Shown here piece after piece: positions 1 through 12,817 of a stretch of 64,000 nt of DNA. The translations under genes and the position numbers were made by a program. Numbering within the stretch: the stretch's first letter is position 1; each line of letters opens with the position of its first letter. The notes under the pieces are model-generated. The model did no database searches, was not told the DNA's origin, and saw nothing but the letters and a program-made list of their open reading frames with translations. The DNA comes from Callorhinchus milii (taxonomy: Eukaryota): assembly GCF_018977255.1 (NCBI RefSeq), contig NW_024704743.1, positions 68,698,001 through 68,762,000 of the forward strand, read 5' to 3'.

Positions 1-250
1 ATATTTGTGGGCAAAACGCAGCAGCCAATAGCGCACAACAGTGTCCCACAAACAGTCCTGGATTGAGTGACCAATTTTTTTAAAAAAGAAATTATTACCT
101 CCCAGTTGTTAGTCCGCTAATCGACTAACAACCAGATTTCTACTTACTGCTAGGTAAACAGAGGCATGTGGAGTAAGGAAACTTGCCCAATGTTTCGCCC
201 TGCCAGGAATCAAATCTAGGCCTCTCACTTGCGAGTCGAGTGCTCTAATG
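1..250 (-). mobile_element. tRNA-derived SINE, long form (runs off window start)
   Basis: Shares head (ttagagcactcg...gcaagtgagag), central ctctgtttacctagcagtaagtag segment and body with the other copies. Confidence 0.85.
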
Positions 251-770
251 TGGACATCATATTGTGGAAAGTATCTGTGGTATCCTACAATGCAAATGCT
301 TCTAGTCTCCCTCTGGAATACAATCTAACTTGTGGACTGTGTAGGTCAAATTACATTGACATTGAAGTTACGGACACAATTTATCCTAAAGTGAGCACCT
401 TGATGTACATGATCTTAGCTACCTAAACCACTGGAAAACTGTAGTGTACTGTGACCTCAATATTTACTCAGTTAAAATCTGTACAGATTACAAAGGTATC
501 AAATTGATCTAGCTTTGAATAATTAATAGGGATCAGTCATCAGATCTAACATCTTTCCTTCAATCTTCAGAATGAAATGATTGTTGTGTAATTAGCTTGA
601 AATGGCAGCAACTCATTTCAACGTCTCCTGTCATTTAACAGCTCCAGAATGTTAATAAAAACTCTGACCAGTCAATGACTATCCTGGGGGAGCGAGGGGG
701 AATATTTGGAATGTTCTTGTAGCGGAACTGGCTCCAAGATGACATGTCTGGCAACGGGTTGCCCAATTCA

Positions 771-1265
771 ACAACAACAACAACTTGGATTTATACAGCC
801 GGATGGCGTCTCAGAACGCTTTACAGTTTAGGATCCCGGGACCGAGCCAGGGGGAGGGGGAGGAAGGTGACCAAAGGCGCGGTCGAAAAGAAAGGTCTTC
901 AGCAGAGTCCCGAAAATGGGAAGGGAGAGAGAGAGGTGAAGGGAGTGAGGAAGGCAGTTCCAGAGCCTCGGGGCATTGTGGCTGAAGGTACGGCCGCCGA
1001 GGGTGGAGCGGAGACCTCGGGGGACAAGCAGGAGGCCAGACCCGGAGGAACAAAGGCAACGGGTACTGTTTTGAGGAGAGAGGAGGTCAGAGAGGTAGGG
1101 GGTGCGGAGGAGTGCAGGGACTTGAATACGAGGGTGAGGATCTTGAAATCTTGAAATCGGTCCTCTCTGGGATAGGCAGCCAGTGCAGTCTGGCAAGGAC
1201 TGGGGTGATCGGGGAGCGGAGTTTAGTACGGGTGAGAATGTGGGCGGCAGAGTTCTGAATTCGGG
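771..1265 (-). mobile_element. L2-type LINE 3' fragment
   Basis: Minus strand reads like the end of L2 ORF2 (GGRTFSHNAPRLWNCLP...LLKTFLF) and ends in a (GTT)n tail at 771-785. Confidence 0.8.
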
Positions 1266-1959
1266 GGCCTTGTGGATCTACAGTACCCCCAGATCACTGC
1301 TGATGACAGATCAGTCAGCCTGGGTCTTCAGCAAGACAAAGAGGGGCAGACTAGTCACGAGGAGTAAAGATTTCCACTCAGTTACAGTTGACTCTGCACA
1401 GCAAAGCCCTATCTGTTAGAGCGATCTTACTTGGACAAGCAGCGGGAAGATTGCCAGACATTGCAAGCAATGTCATTTTGCTACGTAAACTCCAGCAAAA
1501 TCCTATTGCACACTCTGGGGATCCCAAGGTTTGGCTCCTGCCAACATGTGCCTAATACTTTCTGGATTTAGGTAAGCAGGGTGCATCCCTCTGTGGAGAG
1601 AATGCACATTCTATCCAGACATAGACAAATGTTCATGTGAAAGTAAATAAATATGTGGAACTCTGTCTGGTTTGGATAATCTTTAAGCATTTAAACCTGC
1701 ATTTATATAGTGCCCTTCACATGGGGTGGCGGTGAAAATTTAAAATATGCTGAACTAACAAAATCATTTAGGATTCAACAAGTTTATAAAATAAATTTAT
1801 TTGTTTTGATTATGCAATAATTTTGAGAAAAATATTTGTAGTATGTGCCTTTGGCAACATTTACCCTGTAAACCGCAGTAATACAGCAAATGCAAACTAT
1901 TTTAATGAACAAAATAAATTCCCCCACTACAGCTATTCATGCTTGGCTATAATAACAAT

Positions 1960-2240
1960 AAAACAACAACAAAATTACAGTTATAGAGCGCCTTTCACAT
2001 CGGGAGGACGTCCCAAGACGCTGGACAGTCAGAGCATGGGGAACTACTGGTGTAGGGGTGAGGGAAGGCAGAGAGGTGGGAGGGCGACCGAAGGCACGAT
2101 CGAAGAGGAGGGTCTTGAGACCGGCCTTGAAGGAGGCAAGGAAGGAAGCGAGGAGAAGGGACTGTGGGATGGAATTTCCAGAGTGTGGGGCAGAGAGGCT
2201 GAAAGCTCGGCCACCGATGGTAGGGCGGGTCAGGCAGGAG
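1960..2240 (-). mobile_element. L2-type LINE 3' end
   Basis: Tail ttgggacgtcctcccgatgtgaaaggcgctctataa...ttgttgtt on the minus strand plus the ORF2 end. Confidence 0.8.
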
Positions 2241-2459
2241 ACATAATAATAAGCTATTGTAGTCCTTACATTTGGTTTTGTGCCTTATCACGTCGGAAGG
2301 ATGTCTCAAAGCGCTTCACAGGAATTACTGTGAAATTGAATATTTGTAGGCAACATGAAACATGCTATGAAACATAAGCACTTGTTGATGTGCATTAAAT
2401 ATATGGAAATAAACAGTACATAAAATGATCCTTGACTTTGATATAGTACCTTACTATAT

Positions 2460-2720
2460 TGCCGAACATTTCAAAGAGTTTCACAGAATTTATTATAAAG
2501 TGTAGTGACTGTATATTTGTAGGTGAACGTGACAGTCAATTTGTGGACAGCAGTGACCCACAAACAGCCATGAAGTGAATAACTAATTTCATCTTGGGGA
2601 TTGTTGGGCAGGACACTGAGAGAAACCAAATTCTCTTTTTGAATATTGAATTTTTTAAATTTTGAATTTTTGAATTCAACCTCAGGCAGACAGGACCTCA
2701 ATTTAATGTCTCATCCAAAG
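2460..2720 (-). mobile_element. Deu-domain SINE remnant
   Basis: Reverse complement of ggatgagacattaaattgaggtcctgtctgcctg plus the shared SINE body. Confidence 0.65.
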
Positions 2721-2982
2721 GTCTGTTTTTCCCATATTATATCACACAGTAATAATATGCAAAAACAGTACAAAAAGTTTGTTTTTCTTGGATTCCATTT
2801 GTTTGAGGTGAATGTAGGGTTGCATTTGTGCAGAAATATATGTCAGATTTACATGAAACAGTGCGCAACTACTTTTGTCCTAATTTTAGTAAAATGTATC
2901 AACTTCTAAGATTAAAGTGATAAGTTTGTACTGTTGACGTGTGCCTTTGCATTCCATAACTACTTGTCTTTTGTTTATACAG

Positions 2983-3091
2983 CATCAAACCATTCCTAAG
3001 CAGGAAGACAGCGAACCTCTCCGCTACAGCACTGATCCAACACTTGTCCTCGATGAAGAGGAATTAAATAGTTGCTTCCAATGTGCTCCAG
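2983..3091 (+). CDS. EGFR: EGFR penultimate coding exon (equivalent to human exon 27)
   Basis: Acceptor ttatacAG at 2981-2982 and donor G|GT at 3092. The 109 bp encode HQTIPKQEDSEPLRYSTDPTLVLDEEELNSCFQCAP, which resembles human ...KEDSFLQRYSSDPT... (Y1045 Cbl site). The phase-1 end joins the next exon in frame. Confidence 0.9.
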
Positions 3092-3249
3092 GTTTGTCCA
3101 CCTATTACAGCAACTTTGCTGCTGTTAATTGCATCCTTAAATTACTATAATAAATTGTCATTTTTAATCAGTTTATCACTTACTAGTTGGATGCAGTGAC
3201 TGGATGTACTTCATATATTTAGTATTGTTCCTTTTTTGGTTCACACTAA

Positions 3250-3830
3250 TCAACAACAACAAATTGCATTGATAGAGTGCCTTTCATGTTGGGAGGAGAT
3301 CCCAAGGCGTGGATCAGGTGAGGGTTTGCACCCGAGCTGGGGATTGAATTTAGAGGGGTGAGGGGTTTGGGTGGGAAGATGATCGAAGGCACAGTCAAAG
3401 AGGAAGGTCTAAAGACGGACCTTGAAGGAGGCAAGGGAGGTGCAAGGCGAAGGGACTCTTGGGTGGAGTTCCAGAGGGTGGGGCTGAAAGACTGAAGGCC
3501 CGACTGCTAATGGTGGGGCGGGCAGGGTGGGGGACGTGGAGCAGGCCAGTGCCTGCCGAGCAGAGGGATCTGGCAGGTTGGTAAGTTTTTAGCAAGTCGC
3601 AAGGATAGCATAGGGCAAGACTGTTGAGGCCTTTAAATCGATCCTCTCAGAGATTGGAGATATTGAACTTGATCATCTCGGAGATGTGAGCCAATGGACC
3701 CAGATGAGAGTGATCTGCTCACAGAGCTTGGTGTGGGATAGGACACGAGCTGCAGAGTTCTGAATAATCTGCAGGTTGTGAAGCGAAATGTTGGGAAGTC
3801 TGGTGAGCAGAGTTGGTACTGGACATGATG
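3250..3830 (-). mobile_element. L2-type LINE 3' fragment
   Basis: Same tail and ORF2-end similarity (LKTYQPARSLCSAGTGLLHVP) as the 17727-18785 copy. Confidence 0.8.
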
Positions 3831-4768
3831 AGAGACTAACCAATGCTATTCACTTTGCTAGAGTGGATAGCTTACTTTGTGGGCAAAATATTTTAATGCA
3901 CCATTTATTTGGGCATAAGAGGGACTCTTTCCCTTGCAATTTTGCCTGTCAACTTTAAGTTAAATGCCTCCAGCTTCTGAAGATTGATGCCTAGTGCTCC
4001 CCATGCCTTTCGGTCTCTGTACCATTCCTGATGAAACCCTTGTCCATTTCTTTGCAGCAATCAGCCATGTTCATTTTTACTTGTCTCTCAATTTATTACA
4101 ATTTGACAATAGCAGCTCCAACAAACACTACATAATTACAAAGAAAAGCCTCTCAAAAATTGACCTTGGAGTAAATGTGGAAATAGAGCAAATACTGCCA
4201 TGGTATCTTCAATGTGCACCTGAAAAACCTTAATGCATCATCTCAGAAAATGCAGGATTCCCCCAGTACTGCATTGTGGTGTCAGGATAGCTATGAGCAA
4301 AAGAGAAGGAGTGAGGCTTGAATCCAAACCTTTCAACTCTAAAGTAAAAGTACTTCTAACAGAGCCAATCAGACACCTTGAAGAAATGTTCACTTGTGTG
4401 AACAGATGTGACAATTGGACCTTGAATGTTAAAGTAAGGTTGGAGGCATGTGAGTTTATGGTGCTGCAGATGTAGATTGAAGATTAGATGGACAAGCAAA
4501 AATGACCAATGAATTAGCACGAAAGAAATTATGAGGCAAGTTGTAAAGAGAAAAGCAACATGGTGTGGGCATTGTGTTTGTTAGCCTCCCAACGTGAAAG
4601 GCGCTATACAAATGTAATCTTGTTGTTATCACCCTAGAGAGAGGCTGTTAAATTAATGGTTGTTTCAGAACTCAAGCTTGCTTGTATTTTTCTCTAATCT
4701 ATCTATATTTATATTGTAAAAAAAAAGCCCCTTTTTACTCATGTTACTCCTACCCATTTATTTTGTAG

Positions 4769-5166
4769 ACTACGTCAACCAACTTGAGAGGAGCACACCT
4801 CCAAATCATTTAAGGCCCTTCTCAGATATGGAAAATCCAGCCTACCAGGACCTTTTCAGCCCTGTCCAGAAGAATGGCAAGGGCCCGTTCACTGAATCTC
4901 AGTATTTAAACTCACTCCCAAATGCTGTGGAGAACCCAGAGTACGTGAACGACAGCCAGCCCACCAGCAAAATGGGCTTTAACCATCCAAATCACTTGGA
5001 CCAAAAAATTACTCGCAACGTAAGCCTGGACAATCCTGAATACCAGCAGAACCTTTTTCCTAAACACAGTAAGATGAATGGTCACATTGATAATGCTGCA
5101 GCAGAGAATATGGAGTACTTTGGTCTTGTAGTGCCACCTGGAGGTCAGAAACACTCCACAGTATGA
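4769..5166 (+). CDS. EGFR: EGFR terminal coding exon (C-terminal autophosphorylation tail)
   Basis: Acceptor ttttgtAG at 4767-4768. Encodes (D)YVNQ...NPAY...SQYLN...NPEYVN...SLDNPEYQQ...AENMEYF...HSTV*, matching the order of EGFR Y1068/1086/1101/1114/1148/1173. Stop TGA at 5164-5166. Adjacent to LANCL2 as in other vertebrates. Confidence 0.93.
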
Positions 5167-6679
5167 ACGTGGGCCAACAATGTTATACTGTTCTATAGTT
5201 TCCACATGACCTGGTGACTAACTGCTGGTGAATTTCAGGTGCAGCTATGCTGTAGTATTGGTTACAAGTACTCCCAGTAGGGGAAGGGGATTAAAGTTGA
5301 ATGTGAATATTTCCTCTTAACTAAATGTCATTAAGATATTACTGGTGATGGAACTTTACTTTGACACTTTAATTAGGTTTTAAATAACCTAGAAATGAAA
5401 TAAGTTTTAGTTGTTCTTCTGTAGCATTCCAGTTTTGTTTTGTTTTTAAAATGTCGCTAAATTCAGAATAGAGACATGTAAATATTTCCCCCATCATTTT
5501 CGGGAACAATGAGTTTTAGCACAGTGGTATACAGTTTCTGGAATTTTGCTTGTCATTTCATCCACTCATGTCTCCTTACATGAGTGGAGATCAAATGTGA
5601 AACAACTGATCAATTAAATGGCTTCATGCAGAATGCTTAAATAATGTTGATATATGGAATATCAGCAAATTTGCTGCCCATCAATTGCCAAGCAGAAAAC
5701 TGTAGGCTGTATAGTTACTCGTAGTTGTAGTGGAGGTAACTTCACTCTGCACATTCTGAATGAGTTTTAACACAATGGTTAACAGTAAATTCCCTAGGAT
5801 TTTTCATAGTAACTACATTTTATAGCATGCAAGAAGCCATTTGATTTCTCCTTTTTTTAAAAAAAATTCAAATGTTTTGTAAATCAAAAGAAAATATTAG
5901 ATGCAATATGCATGGTATTAAATTCAATATCCAGGTAAACTGGACTCCAGAATCCCTTTGCACTGCCTATCCATTATGTGAAATGATTGTTGAGATGTCC
6001 AAGCTAATTGAATATCGTATTTTGCAGTAATGTTGGGTTTTTAATATATAGCTGGTTTACCTTCAACAAAGCAAACTGGCATACAAAAAGTGCTGGACTA
6101 TTTCTATCGCATCAGAGGGTGTGCAAATCAGCATTTCAGCCAGCATTTCCAGATAGCAATACAAACACAAGCAGTGGTGAACATTTATTTGGCCACTAGT
6201 AAATTCAGCAAGTTGGAGGGCTCATGCCCACTTTGTGCAGGTCTGCAAAGCAACCTTTTAATTGCAAGCCAATGGGGGAAGGTACTGCTGCCACCTATTA
6301 AATCACAAGTGGTGAGTTTATACACTGCATATCGTATATGCAGTTGCTTTGCCTGCTATTGAAACTGTCCTGCTTTATAAATGGGGAGATTTCTACAGCG
6401 CTGGATCAGGAGCTAATAGTCCAGAATCACTTCAGGAAGCCATTCTGCAATGTAAGTGCACATTAAATTGTTACACATGTACATGAGAGAGAAAATATTT
6501 AACTTTTTAGCTTGCCCAACTATTCTCTGACTGTTGTGAAGTCAGATAGTGTATAATCATTGGTATACTGCAGGGTCAGTTATAATTTTCTTGTTTTGTT
6601 AATGGATTTGCCCTATTACATTTTTTTTTCTTTGAACCTTAGGATAAGCTCTAGTTCAGTGTCTCCATTTGCTTTGCTC

Positions 6680-6945
6680 AGTCCAACCAGATTGCAAGTT
6701 TCTTCCCATTAGCGGTCAGGCCTTCAGGTTTCCTGCCTCTGGAACTCTTTCCCAGGTTCCCCCCGCCTCATCTTGCCTCCTTCGTAAAGCTACCTCCTCT
6801 TTAATCATGCTTTCGACCACCCTCCCACTCACCGACCCTCCACCCCCTTTTGATTCCAACCCCCAGCTAGGGTGCAAACCCTTAATTGTCCAGGGCCCTG
6901 GGACATTCTTCCAAAGTGAAAGGCACAATATAAATGTAATTTGTT
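6680..6945 (+). mobile_element. L2-type LINE 3' fragment within putative EGFR 3' UTR
   Basis: ggccttcagg...ctctggaactct...gtgaaaggcacaatataaatgtaatttgtt tail. Confidence 0.7.
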
Positions 6946-7692
6946 TTTTATAACCAGGATTTTAAGACAATGCTTGATGGTTTAATACAAAGATAAGCTG
7001 GGTATTTTGGAAGAATGAGATCAAATGTACCTACTTTTTCATCTGAACTTCTTTTGCAATCCAGTGTAATATTGCTGTAACCCCCTCCTCCAGCACCTGC
7101 CTCAGATTCCAGCATTTCCTGTTCTCCTTTTCCCACCACCTCTCCCACCTGCTAGACACACACACACACAAACACATACACAAACACAAAATTAATTTAA
7201 TGCAAAACTTTTTTGTCATATGCACTTTCCTGGTAACACACTTTAATGTTCTGCCTTTCCCAAGCCCGAAGCAATGTGCTGAAGCAAGACTATGCAGCAC
7301 AGCACTTGGTTCTGATCAGTTGTATTGGTCGTTAAGTGTTAGCATTCTTGCTGCCACCTGATTAATTTTTAACTCAGAAACAACAGCCTCCAGTCTGAGA
7401 AATTCCCAGGTATAGTTTCAGATCTCAATGGAGCAGGAGTACGTGTATTCCTTATACTTTTCAACCACTCTCTGAGGTGGATACTTGAAGGGATGGAGAA
7501 AACTGTAGAGTTGTCGTAGGAAAATTCCTAGGACATTCATACATACCTGCATCTCTACCAGTCACGTCTGGGCTACTTTATTCTGCAGAAAACATTACCC
7601 CCCTTCCCCCCAAGCCTTCAGTGAACAGTCAGTAATTACACCCTAATCCTTTTCCTTTTTCATTTCTGCTAATTGTCTCCCTCCCCCCTTAT

Positions 7693-7963
7693 TCTGAGTT
7701 CAATTCCAGGCAGGGCGAAACCTTGGGCAAGTTTCCTTACTCCACATACTTAATAATAATTCCTCCAAAAACCCAAAACAATAATAAATTGGTCATTTTC
7801 AATCTACGACTGTTTGTGGGACATTGCTGTGCGCAATTGGCTGCCGCGTTCACCCACAAATATACAGTCAATTCACTTTACAGTGTGTTCTGTGAAGCGC
7901 TTTGGGACGTCCTCCCGACATGAAAAGCGCTATATCAAATGCAAGGATTATTATTATTATTAT
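7693..7963 (+). mobile_element. Young tRNA-derived SINE, short form, 5'-truncated
   Basis: Near-identical to the 21864-22185 and 49764-50086 copies; (ATT)n tail. Confidence 0.9.
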
Positions 7964-9769
7964 TCCTCCTCATTTGTTCCCTCATCACATAGCTAGGTTT
8001 CAGCAGCAAATTCTATAATCTTTACATGAACTGCTCTCTCTTCAGAGTCATTTTAACTGTGATAATGGCAAGGCTCAGGCCACACCCTTGCAAAGCATCA
8101 CTGGTCACTGCTTCCCAAACCGAGGTTTTTCAATGTATCATCACCTCACGTTTTCTATTACTAAGCCAGTTTTGAATTATACTAGTTAATCGGCCATATA
8201 TTCCATGAAATTATCCTCCTTTAAAACATTGACGTCCTAGGATACTCAAAGCAGTGCTGTTTTGTAGATGGGGATCAATTTATTTTGTGTTGCAATGCGT
8301 CAAAATGTTAATTTCTGTAACCATGTTCCTCCACTTTTCACCTCCTCAGCTATTAATGTGGTTGATACTTAGCTGTGCTTCAATTAGCAGTCTGCAGTGG
8401 TTGTAAAATATAGCTGGGAGACAAATTAGAAAGCAATTTAAATGCATTTCACTTAAAATGCGCAGGAAGAAATCTCATTTACCTAGTAGCGCCAGCTAAG
8501 TGCAGAGCTATTACAACACATTGCTCTGTCATTCCTACTGAATAACTATGAGAACAATAGTCCTAACCACTTTCCAAGATTACCAGTGAAAACATGTGTG
8601 AACGAATGATGGGAATAGTATTCAGGGAAATTGTTAAAATGAAACGTATCTGTTCAAATCAACCTTTCCAGAAGAATTTTCTAAGATTCTCAGTAATCTC
8701 AGCTATATCAAGGTTCATCTTTCTTCTGTAAGTGACGGAGAGGAAGAGGGAGGGTGTTACATTCTGATAGGTCTTCATTCATTGATAACAAATTTTGATG
8801 TTGATTTTGGCTGTTTAATATAATTTACGCTGAGTCTTAGCCTGTAAGAGTTTTATTTTAAAATTCGAGATTGCATATAGTTGTGTAAAGTTCTTAAATC
8901 CAGCTGTAATTTAGAAGTTGGCTTTCTACCACCCTTAAAAAAACAACTTTCAAATTAACACCAAGTATAAGAAATTTTCACAATTACATGGGTTCTTGAT
9001 TTTTAAAGCAAAATGTTGTTACACGATAAGATTAGATTACATTTTGGGCCATATAGAGTACACTGGTATTGATATATGTTGGTTCAGTTAAATTGGTTCA
9101 GAGAATGTGCAAAGTGTGGAGTAGAGCAGAGTTGCATGGAAAAAAGAATGTAATGTTAATTAAGATAACTAGAAGCCAGGGTTCAACAAAATGGTTAATA
9201 GCCCTTTTTTAAAATTATGTACATTTTTACAGTTTAAACATTGATGAGCTTTTAGTAATTTAAAAAAAACTAAACAATTGTTGAAGCACTATTTGTATAA
9301 AAACGAAATGCAGTCTTTTATATGGTTCATAGATAATAAGAAATCATTATATGCTGTATGTATATGGAGTCCAATTCTATGAAAATGTTGTGTGTGCTAT
9401 TGTGTAAGCATTTTAATCACTTTTCTTCAAATATTTTAATGTCAAGTGTTTAAGATGAGTCAAAAAATGTAAATGTTTTATGCACATTAACTTTCATAGA
9501 GGAATTTGACAGGTTTAATTTGATTTATAGAAAGCATTTACATAGTTACTTCAAGCAATAGATTATCCTATTTTGTCATAGATAAAAATACCACTAACCA
9601 CTGCCAGCCAGGTTATTACTACCTGCATTTACATTTTACAGTCGTTTTGCCTAAAAACGCATTCCATGCTGTAACAAGACAGGTTAGTTTCTTTTGCATG
9701 TGAATGGTTTGCTAAATTGGTTTTGTTTCCATAGAAATGTAAAACCACTTGTGCATGATGCTTTACATA

Positions 9770-9775
9770 AATAAA
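9770..9775 (+). terminator. Candidate EGFR polyadenylation signal
   Basis: AATAAA preceded by TGTA motifs and followed ~15-50 nt later by GT/T-rich sequence. Confidence 0.55.
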
Positions 9776-10448
9776 AGAATTATGAAACGTTGTTGCTTCA
9801 GATTTGGTCTGTTTTTTGTGAACAAACAATTTTGTTGTGATTTTATAGGTGTATTTGTTCAATTAGCAGTTGCATTCATCTCAACTTTATGGTTTTACAC
9901 AGTCAGTGCTTGCAATTTCCAAAACATCATATTATATATTAACTTTTTTGAATTTGTTGCAAATATTTCTTCCACTAAATGATTAACTACAAATGAATTG
10001 TGTTTCAGGATGTTAGCTAAATTAAAGGTAATCACAATGGTTTGCTTTATATTTGTAATTATTGAATGTGACAACATAGGGATTAAAAAACAATCAAAGT
10101 AAGAGAATTATATCACGTCCACAATAATCCCCCAATAAAATTGGTCATTCACTTGATAGCTGTTTGTGGGACATTACTGGGTGCAAATTGGTTGCACGAT
10201 CAACCACAAACACAGTCATTCCACTTTACAGTATATCCTGTGAAGCACTGTGAAATATCCTCCTGACATGAAGGGTACTATACCAAATAGCTATACCAAA
10301 TGTAAGGATCCCCGCCTCACTGTGCTTGCTGGCCTTTTAGTGGCCAGGCCGGGATATCGACTTTGACTCAGTTTGAATCCTGTGATCAAAAGGTAGCTTA
10401 TTCATCATCTTCTGCTGGAGGGATCCAAACAATTAACAATAAAAACAA

Positions 10449-10748
10449 TAGTGATTAGAGCATTCACCTCACAAGTGAAAGACCTGGATTCGATTCCCAG
10501 CAGGGTAAAACCTTGGGCAAGTTTCCTTACTCCACACGCCTGAAAATAATCCCTCAAGAAAAAAAATAATAATTTGGTCACTTCAATCCACGACTGTTTG
10601 TGAGACATTGCTGTGCGCAATTGGCTGCCGCGTTTCGCGCACAACTATACAGTCAATTCACTTTACAGTATATTCTATGAAGTGCTTTGAGACGTCTAGA
10701 AGACGTGAAAAGTGTTATATCAAACGAAATTATTATAATAATAATAAA
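10449..10748 (+). mobile_element. tRNA-derived SINE, short form
   Basis: Head ttagagcattcacctcacaagtgaaagacctggattcgattccc, body and (AAT)n tail. Confidence 0.88.
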
Positions 10749-10889
10749 AAACAGCAATTTACCAGTATTTTTCAGCACTCAAAAAGTTGGCGCCAAAAAA
10801 ATGCCAGCACCGGCATTGTAATTATACTTAGCTGGAAATTCTGGCTTCTCAGACCAGATCTTCCCCCCATTGTTCCAGCCGTGGATTTA

Positions 10890-11216
10890 GTATATTAGAG
10901 CACTTGCCTCACAAACAAGAGACGTGGGTTTGATTCCCAGCAGGGTGAAACCTTAGGCAAATTTCCTTACTCTACACTCCTCTGTTTACCTAGCGGTAAG
11001 TAGGAACCCAGTTGTTAGTCAATTGGCAGATTGCTTTTCGGGGATAATAACCCTTAAAATTAATTTGGTCACTCAATCCACGACTGTATGTGGGACACTG
11101 CTGTCCGCAATTGGCTGCGGCGTTTCGCCCAAAAAAATACAATCAATTCACTTTACAGTATATTATGTGAAACGCTTTGAGACGTCTCAACGACATGATA
11201 AGACACTCTACTAATA
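10890..11216 (+). mobile_element. tRNA-derived SINE, long form
   Basis: Head, central ctctgtttacctagcggtaagtaggaacc segment and body. Confidence 0.88.
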
Positions 11217-12817
11217 AAGACTAAATGTCTGTCTGTGTATCAGGAGTCCTCCCAACCAGGAGTTCTCCCAACAGGATTCCTCCCAAAAGGATATGTATGC
11301 AAATATGTGAACAAGGGATGTTAATGAGTTCAATAGCACATTTTCTTAATCTTAAGGGATAAAGATGGCTAAGGAGCAAAGATCAAGCCTTTCAAGGACA
11401 AATAAAAATGCCAGATGAAAGAGAGCAGGCCGATTAAATGAAACTGGTTGCAAGAGTAGCTGCAACGGGTACAGCTAGTATTAAATGCAAGGATTATTAT
11501 TAGAAACACAGAGTGGGAATGGAGAAAAGATAACCACTAGATGGCACCAAATAGATGTGCATAATAATTTGAAATCATTAAACCACTCCCAATTGATTCT
11601 TCGGGCTTCAGTTATTATTTTCTTTCATAAACAGTGGTCGTCCTCCAGTACTTTACCCACATCATCATTTATGTGGAACATGAACAGAGTATACTGTGCA
11701 ACGGTGGGCTCTATCAGCCACTGTGCCCTGAATCTCTGGAACTCCTTGCTTCTATCTTGCCCCTCTCTGCCCATCACCAAATCATACCAGAAGCCTTTCC
11801 TCTTCGGCCATGCCTTCGGTCACCTTTCCCCCCTTTCCAGTTTGGCATCAAACATGCCATGGTTAAGCACTCCATGCCACTACTCGTGTGAAGGGCACAA
11901 TGGAAATGCAAATTGTTGCTGCTGTTTTGTTTCATGGCCGAGAAATCTTATCCATGCCACGATCAATAGATGTAGACTTTCCAGCATGTTTAACCTCATA
12001 GTGATCAGAGTGGAATCCTTACTATTCTTTTTCCTTCCCAGTCCAGGGAAAGTTAGTCCAATTGTATTGCTCTGCTGCCAGGCCAGGTGAGGTCAGTGAA
12101 TATCGCTCAAGCCAAGAACCATTCACAGGGGCTACTTCAATACAGTTTAGTGTTGCATTCAAACTCCTCTGGTACGTCACTATTTGTCTTTTATTTAAAT
12201 TCAATAATTATAAATTATGTTTGTTCATTTATCTCATTGCTGTTTGCAGGATGTTGCAAATGATTCATTTGTTTACAGAACAGTGAAAACATTTTAAGAT
12301 ACCCGTTGTGTGCAGCACTTTGATAAATTTGGATATGATGAAAGCTATATCAAATGCAATAATTTTATTTATTGTTTACCATTATTATAAGGCCTCTTCA
12401 ATATACTGCTAATCTTATCCTTACTAAGTGCTACATGAATTTCAGGAGCCACATGTTACAGTGTTTGAAGTTCATTCCAGTTCATATTTCCATCTGTGAG
12501 CTACTGCTTCAAATCTCCAGGGACCACTGATAACACTGCAAAGAAAATAACTGCCTTAAAATTAATTTGCATTCTCAGTGCATCCTGCATATAATCTGTC
12601 TAGCATTCTCACAATCATGTGCTTTTAAATACATGTAATTCTACATAAAAAGAACTAGAAGTTTCATAGCATCGTAAACGACCATATTATCAAGTGTAGG
12701 CAATTTGCGGTAACCATTCTGTGCACAGAAACATCCAGCAAACAACCACAAGGGGACCGATTAATCTAGAGATTTGTTGGCCAGGACAAAAGTTTATTTT
12801 TTCACTAATGGTCATGA

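Larger units (their letters stand above)
5167..9795 (+). other. EGFR: Probable EGFR 3' UTR
   Basis: AT-rich sequence following the stop codon, ending at AATAAA 9770-9775 with a GU/U-rich downstream element (gttgttgc...ggtctgttttttgtg). The 3' end is inferred. Confidence 0.55.

Noticed and set aside
540..720. EGFR short exon 26 candidates after AG sites at ~570 and ~641
   Set aside because: One frame hits a stop and the other has no suitable GT donor or similarity; the exon probably lies upstream of the window.
4769..5166. ERBB4 rather than EGFR (because of the PDZ-type end)
   Set aside because: Tyrosine motif order, the short YSTDPT exon, absence of PPxY motifs and adjacency to LANCL2 (not LANCL1) all fit EGFR.
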